From positions 1 through 40,535 of IMG/VR virus record IMGVR_UViG_3300031576_000144: a stretch of DNA of 40,535 nt; one strand, given 5' to 3'. Source of the DNA: a virus. How positions within the stretch are numbered: position 1 is the first letter of the stretch; every line of letters begins with the position of its first letter. Made by a program: the position numbers and the translations under genes. The notes under the pieces were generated by a model. The model was not told where the DNA came from. It saw only the letters and a list, made by a program, of their open reading frames with translations, and searched no databases. Below are positions 23,381 through 30,095 of the stretch, piece by piece.

Positions 23381-24438
23381 TACCCGAACTCCTTGCAGCT
23401 CGCCTCGAAGTCGGGGTTATGCCGCAGGAAGCCCATGAGCACCTTCGCCTGGTCGGCATTCAGCTCGGTGATGGTCTCGACCTTCCATGCCAGCTTAGCG
23501 TACGCGTTGCCCTGGGCGATCGTCCAGCCGGCCACGGTCAGTGCCTTGATCAAGTCCTGTGTAGACTTCTTGCCTCCCCCGCCAGCTGCCTTGCCTTTAG
23601 GCGCGGGAGGGGTGGGTCGAGGCTCAGGCGCAACGGGGGGAGGAGTCGATCCTGGGGCATCCTCGCGCGTCTGGGGAGGTTCACTTTTTGACGCCTCAGT
23701 TGAGGGCCGGATACCCGGGGCGTCATTGAACCCCTGGGCCGCCGCCTTCTCGAGGTACTCGCAGAAGTCCAGAAGTTCCGTGTCGCTGAGCTCCTTCGAG
23801 GTGTTCTTGCCGTACCGCTGCAGTGTGATGCCGGTCATGAACTTCGCGTTCTGGGGGCACGCCTTCTCGAAGGACTTGAATGCCTTGCCGAGCCGATCAA
23901 AGAGAGCGCCTCGAGCTGCGGCCACGGTCTTCGCCCCTACCGTCTGACTCGGCTTCGTTCCAGACTTCGCGACAGGCTTCCCAGCGGGTCGGCCCACCTC
24001 CTCCTGTCGGCCGTGCTCCGGGTCGTCCGCAGGCTCGTCGGTGGGGATGCAGAAGATCTGCACGGCCATGTACTTGAAGGCCACGGACATCGACTTGCTC
24101 GAGCTCTTATCCCCGGTGTCCTGCGCCTCGCCTACCGTGATCACCGTGACGCTCGACCCGTCCTCTGCGCAGAGGGTGAACTTCACCGTCATGATCGAGA
24201 AGGTCTGCTGCGCCCCGCTCTTCGTCGTCCTCGGCTCGCGGATCTGGCTCAGCACTTCGGTCAGCACGAACACCTTATGCTCGACGAAGGCGGGCTTCAG
24301 GGCGAGCAGGACGTCGTCGATCCCGCGGAACTTGTACCCCTGCTCGCTGGTGCGGCCCTTCTTCACGGCGCTCAGGTCGGCGATGATCTTGGGTATCCTG
24401 GAAAAAATAAGACCGGGCTTGTCTGAATTCGTTGCCAT
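23380..24438 (-). CDS. erf: ERF-family single-strand annealing recombinase
   Basis: The N-terminal domain has GYKFRGIDDVLLALKPAF and GDKSSSKSMSVAFKYMAVQIFCIPTDE, resembling the P22 Erf core. The C-terminal half is low-complexity and Pro/Lys-rich. Confidence 0.75.
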   Translation of the reverse strand: MATNSDKPGLIFSRIPKIIADLSAVKKGRTSEQGYKFRGIDDVLLALKPAFVEHKVFVLTEVLSQIREPRTTKSGAQQTFSIMTVKFTLCAEDGSSVTVITVGEAQDTGDKSSSKSMSVAFKYMAVQIFCIPTDEPADDPEHGRQEEVGRPAGKPVAKSGTKPSQTVGAKTVAAARGALFDRLGKAFKSFEKACPQNAKFMTGITLQRYGKNTSKELSDTELLDFCEYLEKAAAQGFNDAPGIRPSTEASKSEPPQTREDAPGSTPPPVAPEPRPTPPAPKGKAAGGGGKKSTQDLIKALTVAGWTIAQGNAYAKLAWKVETITELNADQAKVLMGFLRHNPDFEASCKEFG

Positions 24439-24661
24439 GGGCGCGAGCTCCTTTGGTTGAAACCCTTCTACCCCGGGCGAGCTCGCGGATCACCCAAGGT
24501 AGAAGGGTCGAAGCGGACACAGGCCATGACACTCATGTGGGGAGAAAAACCCGGACCCGCTGGATAGCTGCGGACCCTAATATATAGGCCGGCGGAGTGG
24601 AAGTGGAAAGTAATGTCACAGTGTGATATCATGACATCAGAAGTAGAAGGAGTACCCCGCC
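24439..24661. promoter_or_regulatory. Divergent early control region (putative promoters and operators)
   Basis: This 223-bp gap is the only divergent one. Contains an 11-bp inverted repeat 24462-24472/24498-24508 enclosing palindrome GCGAGCTCGC (24477-24486), the AT-rich box TAATATATAGG, palindrome TCACAGTGTGA (24616-24626) and ATGTCA-N13-TGACAT. Confidence 0.55.
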
Positions 24662-24826
24662 ATGAAGTTCATCCTCGTCTCTGTCCACGGCACGGACCAG
24701 AACCCCCTGCAGCAGATCACCTATCTCTCCTCGTTCTCCGACCTGATCTCTGCGATCACCGCGCTACACACGATCCGCGATCGCAACCCGAGCCAGACCT
24801 TCTCCCTCCTCCAGGTGCTCGCGTGA
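24662..24826 (+). CDS. Small hypothetical protein (54 aa), first gene of the plus-strand operon
   Basis: Not in the track. SD GAAGGAG lies 7 nt upstream. Translation MKFILVSVHGTDQNPLQQITYLSSFSDLISAITALHTIRDRNPSQTFSLLQVLA. Third positions are strongly G/C-rich, unlike the overlapping 133-aa track ORF. Confidence 0.6.
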   Translation: MKFILVSVHGTDQNPLQQITYLSSFSDLISAITALHTIRDRNPSQTFSLLQVLA

Positions 24827-25014
24827 GGGAGACATATTTGGGCGATGGGCTGTACGCACGTGATGAAGGCTTCCAGATCTGGCTTCGCGCCCCACAAGGA
24901 GGTGGCGTCGATCACGAGGTAGCGCTAGAACCCGAGGTCCTGTTTGAATTTTTCAAGTTCATTGAGCGGACCCGAGGCCTAAAGATCACTATCGAAGAAG
25001 CTGTGAAGCCATGA
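24823..25014 (+). CDS. Small hypothetical protein (63 aa)
   Basis: GTG overlaps the upstream stop (GTGA). This is the C-terminal part of track ORF 24613..25014 (RETYLGDGLYARDEGFQIWL...). The codon bias is only moderate. Confidence 0.4.
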   Translation: MRETYLGDGLYARDEGFQIWLRAPQGGGVDHEVALEPEVLFEFFKFIERTRGLKITIEEAVKP

Positions 25015-25184
25015 TCATCTTCGCCGTCGCCCTGGTCGGAGTCTGGATCGCCTATGAGGTCGGGCACTGGAGAGGCCATCGAGGAGCTGTCCGCCGCGGG
25101 ATCGAGTCTCTTCAACGCCGATCAGATGAACTTGAGCGGCAGTACCAGGCTCTCCTATCCCGCTTCGAAAGGAAGGACCGGTGA
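25011..25184 (+). CDS. Possible small membrane protein (57 aa), in conflict with the 5' end of the next gene
   Basis: ATGA overlap with the upstream stop. MIIFAVALVGVWIAYEV is TM-like. The codon bias is good for the first 14 codons only, and it overlaps 25054..26067. Confidence 0.3.
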   Translation: MIIFAVALVGVWIAYEVGHWRGHRGAVRRGIESLQRRSDELERQYQALLSRFERKDR

Positions 25185-26067
25185 GCAGGTGAAGATCGAG
25201 TACACCCCGAAGAAGTTCAAGCCGTCGACGCTCGCCATGATCGAGCAGGCGAACGTGATCATAGCCGACTACCAAGCCCAGGGCTTCGAGCTCACCCTCC
25301 GCCAGCTCTACTACCAGTTCGTTTCCCGGGACCTGATCCCAAACACGCAGCGGTCCTACAAAATCCTGGGCTCCGCGATCAACGACGGCCGTCTGGCCGG
25401 GCTGATCGACTGGGAAGCGATCGTCGATCGCACGCGCAACCTGCAGAGGAACTCGCACTGGGACTCCCCGGCTGAGATTGTTGAGACCTGCGTGAAGTCC
25501 TACGCGATCGATAAGTGGGCCGATCAGGAGAACCGCCCCGAGGTCTGGATCGAGAAGGACGCCCTCGCCGGCGTGATCGAGGGCGTCTGCCGACGGAACG
25601 ACGTCAGTTACTTCTCGTGCCGTGGATACACCAGCCAGAGCGAAATGCACGCGGCAGCTCTCCGGCTGATGCGATACCAGGAGAACGGCCAGACCCCCGT
25701 GATCATCCACCTCGGCGACCACGATCCCAGCGGCGTGGACATGACCCGGGATATCCAGGACCGGCTCGAGCTCTTCACTCGCGGCGAGCTCACGGTGAAC
25801 CGCATCGCCCTGAACATGGACCAGATCCGGAAACACAAGCCCCCGCCGAACCCATCGAAGATCACCGACCCCAGGGCGACGGGCTATCTCAAGATCCACG
25901 GCCGCCAGTCCTGGGAACTCGACGCGCTTGAGCCAAAGGTGCTCGACCGCTTGATCGAACGAACGATCATGGCACTTCGTGATGACGCCCTATGGGAGGC
26001 GGCGGAGGCCAGAGAGGCAGCGGATAAAGACGAGCTGCGAGAAGCAGCGGAGAGGATGGGTCATTGA
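25054..26067 (+). CDS. Stand-alone Topo VI-A / Spo11-like protein (5Y-CAP + Toprim; Mini-A-like)
   Basis: TLRQLYYQF (candidate catalytic Tyr in a winged-helix context), Toprim Glu in VWIEKDALAGV and DxD in IIHLGDHDPSGVDM, in the same order as Topo VI-A. Alternative start GTG 25189 follows GGAAGGA. Confidence 0.55.
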   Translation: MRSGTGEAIEELSAAGSSLFNADQMNLSGSTRLSYPASKGRTGEQVKIEYTPKKFKPSTLAMIEQANVIIADYQAQGFELTLRQLYYQFVSRDLIPNTQRSYKILGSAINDGRLAGLIDWEAIVDRTRNLQRNSHWDSPAEIVETCVKSYAIDKWADQENRPEVWIEKDALAGVIEGVCRRNDVSYFSCRGYTSQSEMHAAALRLMRYQENGQTPVIIHLGDHDPSGVDMTRDIQDRLELFTRGELTVNRIALNMDQIRKHKPPPNPSKITDPRATGYLKIHGRQSWELDALEPKVLDRLIERTIMALRDDALWEAAEAREAADKDELREAAERMGH

Positions 26068-26354
26068 TCACCTTCACCCAGTTCGTGCGGCCCTTCGGTC
26101 GGCCGAGAGAGAACTCAATCTTGCGGCCCGGGCCGATTGAGGTGATGGCGATCGAGCTCCACGAGGCCGGCTTCCGGTTCGAGATGGAGGAGCTCCAGAC
26201 TGGCGAGGTGAGCTTCGAGATCGTTCACCGCGATGATCAGGACCACGAGCGCGCGACGATGCGTATCTGCCCGAACGGACCCCAGGTTCCAGCGACAGTC
26301 GACGACCTGATCACGGCCGCGCATCAGCGGTGGAAGGATGGCGTATGCGGATGA
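26064..26354 (+). CDS. Hypothetical protein (96 aa)
   Basis: TTG start overlaps the upstream stop. Third positions are G/C-rich throughout. Confidence 0.6.
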   Translation: MITFTQFVRPFGRPRENSILRPGPIEVMAIELHEAGFRFEMEELQTGEVSFEIVHRDDQDHERATMRICPNGPQVPATVDDLITAAHQRWKDGVCG

Positions 26355-26695
26355 AGCATATGTGCGTACACGGAAGAGGCCCGGAGACCCCCTGCATCCA
26401 CTGCATGGGATTGAGCAAGGGGCAGACCGTATCTCTGGACCCATCAAGAGGAACGCCGAAGACTCTGCGCGAGGCGATCGAGAACGGGTGCGACCAGGCG
26501 GGATGCGCCGGCAAGGTCACGGAGGACTCCGTCGAGAAGCACGTCGTCGATCTCCTGCGCCAGAAGTTCACGGTCGCCTACTTCGCCGCGGAGATCATCA
26601 GCCCCGCCGCTCTCGCGATCGTTCAGAAGCTGGCCGAGGAGTGCGGGATCGCCGTTCCCGTGATATCACCACCCAAGAAGGAGACCCGATCATGA
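26351..26695 (+). CDS. Hypothetical Cys/His-rich protein (114 aa)
   Basis: ATG 26351 overlaps the upstream stop (ATGA). N-terminus MKHMCVHGRGPETPCIHCMG. Confidence 0.6.
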   Translation: MKHMCVHGRGPETPCIHCMGLSKGQTVSLDPSRGTPKTLREAIENGCDQAGCAGKVTEDSVEKHVVDLLRQKFTVAYFAAEIISPAALAIVQKLAEECGIAVPVISPPKKETRS

Positions 26696-26874
26696 CCCCA
26701 GCCAAGCCCCCCTTGCCAGACCCGAAGACCCGCTTCGCCCTGCGCCTGTCCACGAATGTATACAAACGGATGCAGCGCCACGCGAAGGCCTGCGGCATCT
26801 CGGTGAACTCCCTGATCGAGGACGCCTGCAAGTACCTGGCGAGCTCGCTCGACGCCGCGCGGAGAAAGAAGTGA
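26692..26874 (+). CDS. Ribbon-helix-helix (Arc/CopG/HicB-C-like) DNA-binding protein (60 aa)
   Basis: ATG overlaps the upstream stop, with SD AAGAAGGAGA. RFALRLSTNVYKRMQRHAKACGISVNSLIEDACKYL fits the RHH beta-alpha-alpha pattern. Confidence 0.65.
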   Translation: MTPAKPPLPDPKTRFALRLSTNVYKRMQRHAKACGISVNSLIEDACKYLASSLDAARRKK

Positions 26875-27251
26875 CCGCTCCGAAGTACGACCCGAAGCTG
26901 AAGGCCTGCGCGCGCGAGCTCGAGCTCGTCCTCGAGAAGTACGACGTGGGCGCCTGGATCTGCCTGACCTCGCCGACCCACTCGGAGTTCGTCATGCACC
27001 TGCCCGCGTCGTCCGGGATCTCCCTCGAGGATGGTCCGGCGGGCTCGAAGAGTATCCGTGTGAGGATACGCAAGGAGGAGCGGGCGAAGGCTGAGTTCGC
27101 CGTGTGGCTGACATGTGGGATCATGGAGCTCTGCGAGCTCGGCCTGAACCAGTTCGGGAATGTCCTCGACGCCCTCCGCTCAAAGTCTATCATCGGCCTT
27201 CCGTCGAAGCGCGAACCGACGCCACACTCTCCGGAGATGGATCCGGCCTAG
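26871..27251 (+). CDS. Hypothetical protein (126 aa) coupled to the RHH gene
   Basis: GTG overlaps the RHH stop (GTGA). No motif recognised. Confidence 0.6.
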   Translation: MTAPKYDPKLKACARELELVLEKYDVGAWICLTSPTHSEFVMHLPASSGISLEDGPAGSKSIRVRIRKEERAKAEFAVWLTCGIMELCELGLNQFGNVLDALRSKSIIGLPSKREPTPHSPEMDPA

Positions 27252-27322
27252 TATTGTTTTACTAGTCGGCCGCAGCCCGTCGCTGGTTGACCGCTCCGGT
27301 CAGGAGCACCATAATAGGGTCT

Positions 27323-27514
27323 ATGCGGCAGGATCTCGACGAATGGGTACCCCGCGTCGGCGACGCCGTCGAGGCGCTGGTAGATGATCAGTGGCTCTCG
27401 GCCCGGGTGATCCTGGTTCCGAACGCCCACGAGGTCGCCCTGTCGCTCTTCGAGGGGGGCTCAGCCATCGTCCTTCGCCACCTCTGCCGGCCCGTCGCGA
27501 GCGATTGCTTCTAG
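27323..27514 (+). CDS. Small hypothetical protein (63 aa from ATG 27323; the track ORF starts at TTG 27287)
   Basis: MRQDLDEWVPRVGDAVEALVDDQWLSARVILVPN... is a small beta-rich domain. This is the last plus-strand gene, and its stop overlaps the stop of the converging gene. Confidence 0.5.
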   Translation: MRQDLDEWVPRVGDAVEALVDDQWLSARVILVPNAHEVALSLFEGGSAIVLRHLCRPVASDCF

Positions 27515-27690
27515 ATCCTGACCTTCCTGGTCCCATAGGATCCGCCTGGGGTCGGAGCAGGCCGCCAAGAGGCCAGGATCTGAGCTTCCGTTAAGGCGGC
27601 GCCGCATCCCACGCAGCACTTGCGGCCTCGAGAGTCCCGCAGTGATCGGCGGCAGTAGTCGCACTTCGGCGCGCGCGCGAGCTGCTCCAT
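27511..27690 (-). CDS. Zinc-ribbon protein (59 aa), last gene of the minus-strand late transcript
   Basis: ATG 27690 (MEQLARAPKCDYCRRSL...CCVGCG). The upstream part of the track ORF is Arg-rich shadow sequence. Confidence 0.5.
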   Translation of the reverse strand: MEQLARAPKCDYCRRSLRDSRGRKCCVGCGAALTEAQILASWRPAPTPGGSYGTRKVRI

Positions 27691-27712
27691 CGTCTGTTTC
27701 CAGTCGGCCACG

Positions 27713-27931
27713 TTAGAACGTCTGCGCCGGGCAGGAGACCACGACCCGCGACAGGTCCTCCATGGCCATACACGCCTTGCCGGCCGCCTGCTCATCGGTG
27801 AGGGTCTCGACCAGGTCGCCGGTCTTATGCTCGAGCTTCCCCGCGGGGTTCACCCGGTAGAACTTCACCGGCACCTTTGGCTCGGAGGCGCACGCGCTAA
27901 GCAGCAGGAGGAACGGGAGGAGTCGGTTCAT
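27713..27931 (-). CDS. Outer-membrane lipoprotein, o-spanin candidate
   Basis: ATG 27931 has GGAGAG 8 nt upstream. MNRLLPFLLLLSAC has a lipobox. 72 aa with additional Cys residues. The start lies inside the 3' end of the preceding gene (overlapped spanin architecture). Confidence 0.65.
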   Translation of the reverse strand: MNRLLPFLLLLSACASEPKVPVKFYRVNPAGKLEHKTGDLVETLTDEQAAGKACMAMEDLSRVVVSCPAQTF

Positions 27932-28148
27932 CAGTCTTCTCTCCGAGGTAGAGGGCTTCAAGCTTCGCGGAGTCTCCGGTCTCCTTGAACTCCTTCATGG
28001 CGACCCTGAGATCCGCCGCTCGCTGCGCCTTGTTCTTCATCCCCTTGATCTCGTGGACCAGTTGGATGATCTGCCAGACGATCGCGATCCCGTCCTTCAG
28101 CCCCTTCAGCGCAACGGGGATAGCGGCGAGCCAGAGCAGCGGGTTCAT
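27897..28148 (-). CDS. i-spanin candidate (83 aa)
   Basis: Hydrophobic N-terminus (LLWLAAIPVAL), a charged helical middle and a Pro-rich C-terminus. Overlaps the lipoprotein gene start by 35 nt. Confidence 0.45.
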   Translation of the reverse strand: MNPLLWLAAIPVALKGLKDGIAIVWQIIQLVHEIKGMKNKAQRAADLRVAMKEFKETGDSAKLEALYLGEKTDEPTPPVPPAA

Positions 28149-28432
28149 GTGGCGGCGGGCTTCATGAGCTCCTCGGCCAGGTCGATCGACTTGTTCGACA
28201 GGGCCCGGATCACCGGGAACTTATCTTCCGCCGCGTCCGCCTGGAGCGTGGGCATATCCCTGATCACCGACGAGAGATCCCTGTACGCCTCGAGGACGAT
28301 CACGGGGATGTCGGTCCCTGGCTGGAAGCCGTCGGCCAGCGCCTTCCTCGTGGCCTTCACCAGGGCGACGAGCTTATCACCGACGTCCGCCGCTGCCTTC
28401 GATCCTTCCACCTTCAGATCGATCTTCTCCAT
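28145..28432 (-). CDS. Hypothetical protein in the lysis cassette (95 aa)
   Basis: Coupled ORF with no TM segment or recognisable motif. Confidence 0.6.
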   Translation of the reverse strand: MEKIDLKVEGSKAAADVGDKLVALVKATRKALADGFQPGTDIPVIVLEAYRDLSSVIRDMPTLQADAAEDKFPVIRALSNKSIDLAEELMKPAAT

Positions 28433-28442
28433 GACGCTCTCC

Positions 28443-28730
28443 TCAGAGGCTGGGTTGAAGGACGTCGGCCGGGCGCCTCGTGCCCTTGAGCTCGCGGATC
28501 CCTGCGTGGGCCGCGTCGACGTCTCTCTTGAGTTTCGGAAATTCCTCGGCCGCCTTGAGCACTGCCGTCATGCTGCCCTTGATCTCTGCGACATCCTTCG
28601 TCAGCTGCCCGAGCTTCCGGCCATCTCGCCTGGCCATCCGCCAGAGTCCACGCGCGATGAAGGCTCCGAGGAGCGCCACGTTTGAGGCGATGAGCTGCTT
28701 TAGTGGCTCGCTGGGGATCTCGATCTGCAC
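28443..28730 (-). CDS. Membrane protein, holin-like candidate (95 aa)
   Basis: Single TM segment LIASNVALLGAFIARGLW followed by a charged helical tail. Directly downstream of the endolysin-like gene. GTG start without a clear SD. Confidence 0.4.
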   Translation of the reverse strand: MQIEIPSEPLKQLIASNVALLGAFIARGLWRMARRDGRKLGQLTKDVAEIKGSMTAVLKAAEEFPKLKRDVDAAHAGIRELKGTRRPADVLQPSL

Positions 28731-28761
28731 GGTTCAAGCGTAGGGGTGGCCGGCGAAAGGG

Positions 28762-29187
28762 TCAACCCGGCAGGGTCTTCCACCGAGGATCCAGCTCGAA
28801 GTGATCGGCATCCCCGATTGACTTCCAGGTCGCTCCGCACCGAATCGGGTCACCGTCCTGCACAACCTCGACCGCGAGCATCTGGAAGAAGTCTGAGCTC
28901 CAGGATCCGGTTCCGTCGACGTTTTGAAGGAACAGGTCGAGGGCTTCGGCGCAAGGGCTCCCGTCCGCTGCCGTGCGGTTGTGCATGGAGTATGGCCAGT
29001 GCCGCTCGCTCTTCCCCTGGGCGACCGCCTTCTCCTGATCGGTTCTCCCCCGGAAGGACCAGGAGATATGAGCCGTGGTGTGGAAGGGCTTGACCTTCTC
29101 GCGGAACCACCGGGCGATCCTCGGATGCGCCTGCTTCAGCTTCTCCTCGCAACCCGGGCAGGCTGGTATCCCGTTGATGTGCATCAA
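28762..29187 (-). CDS. Endolysin candidate, M15-type zinc cell-wall peptidase
   Basis: YSMHNRTAADGSPCAEALDLF and GDADHFEL resemble the SxHxxGxAxD ... DxxHxE signature of L-Ala-D-Glu / VanY-like peptidases (for example the T5 endolysin). 141 aa. Confidence 0.55.
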   Translation of the reverse strand: MMHINGIPACPGCEEKLKQAHPRIARWFREKVKPFHTTAHISWSFRGRTDQEKAVAQGKSERHWPYSMHNRTAADGSPCAEALDLFLQNVDGTGSWSSDFFQMLAVEVVQDGDPIRCGATWKSIGDADHFELDPRWKTLPG

Positions 29188-29501
29188 GGCGAGTTCTTGA
29201 ACTCCACTCCGGTGACGTGGGCGTTCTGCCCCCCGCCTCCGGACGTGACCAGGGACTGCCCCGGGCCGACGTAGATCTGGACCGGACGCGATCCCTCGAC
29301 CGCGGAAGGGGATGACATGAAGCCGGTGAAGACAACCTTGCTGTCGAGCAGCAGCTGGAAGCCCGAGGTGCCACCCACGTTCGTGAAATTCACGATCGCG
29401 TAGGAGTTCGCCGGGCAGGTGTACAGAGTGCCGTTGCCGGTGAGGCTAGCGCCGATCGCCGCCTGGACCTTGAGCGTGGTGTTATTTGAATAGGTGGACA
29501 C
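29184..29501 (-). CDS. Hypothetical small tail-associated protein (105 aa)
   Basis: Beta-rich Gly/Thr/Ser protein at the distal end of the tail module. Confidence 0.6.
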   Translation of the reverse strand: MSTYSNNTTLKVQAAIGASLTGNGTLYTCPANSYAIVNFTNVGGTSGFQLLLDSKVVFTGFMSSPSAVEGSRPVQIYVGPGQSLVTSGGGGQNAHVTGVEFKNSP

Positions 29502-29513
29502 TGAGATCTCCTA

Positions 29514-30086
29514 TCACCGATTTCGGTAGTGAACCAGCAGGCCGGCGTTCTGTCCACCCGTCTGCACGGCCGTCGTTTTTAAGATCATCGCACTCCGCAG
29601 TGCGATCGTATCTGTGACTGCTGCATTCAGTACTGGTGCCACCGTGTTGGCTGGTGCTGCATAGGCCGGTGGCGAATAGTTCGATCCGATCAGTGCTGGA
29701 TTCGGAGCCCCCACCCAGGCGTTAGTCCCTGCTAAGTAACTGATCGAAGGAAGTGTGGTGAAGATCGAAGTGAACGCGCCCCCTGATGTCGTCGCCACGA
29801 GGCAGTCGAACTCGGTTGATCCTGCGCTCCCGGCTGTCAAGTTGAACATCCACACGTCGATGATCTGCGCGTCGAACTCGAACACGACCAGGCCATCGAC
29901 CCCGGTTTGCGGGGGAGCCACGATCGAGTAGCTTCCGTTCACGAAGAATGCCTTCTCCTGGTAGGCGAAGTAGTTCAGGAAGTTCGACTGCCCAGCGAGA
30001 GACTGAGCGAAGAACTCGCTGCAGGCGGCCAGGAACTCTACCCCAGGGAATGCGATGTTCTGCCTGACTGGTGTGACGTCTGCCAT
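29514..30086 (-). CDS. Hypothetical tail-associated protein (190 aa)
   Basis: ORF following the large tail-tip gene. No motif recognised. Confidence 0.6.
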   Translation of the reverse strand: MADVTPVRQNIAFPGVEFLAACSEFFAQSLAGQSNFLNYFAYQEKAFFVNGSYSIVAPPQTGVDGLVVFEFDAQIIDVWMFNLTAGSAGSTEFDCLVATTSGGAFTSIFTTLPSISYLAGTNAWVGAPNPALIGSNYSPPAYAAPANTVAPVLNAAVTDTIALRSAMILKTTAVQTGGQNAGLLVHYRNR

Positions 30087-30095
30087 GCTATCCCC

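Noticed and set aside
24613-25014. The single 133-aa track ORF
   Set aside because: Its first 70 codons have A/T-rich third positions and a Pro/His/Arg-rich translation. A different frame with an SD and strong codon bias (24662..24826) fits better, followed by a GTG-started short gene.
27252-27286. Hairpin CTAGTA-N6-TACTAG after gene 26871..27251 as a plus-strand terminator
   Set aside because: It is only a 6-bp AT-rich stem, and another plus-strand gene follows. The evidence is insufficient.
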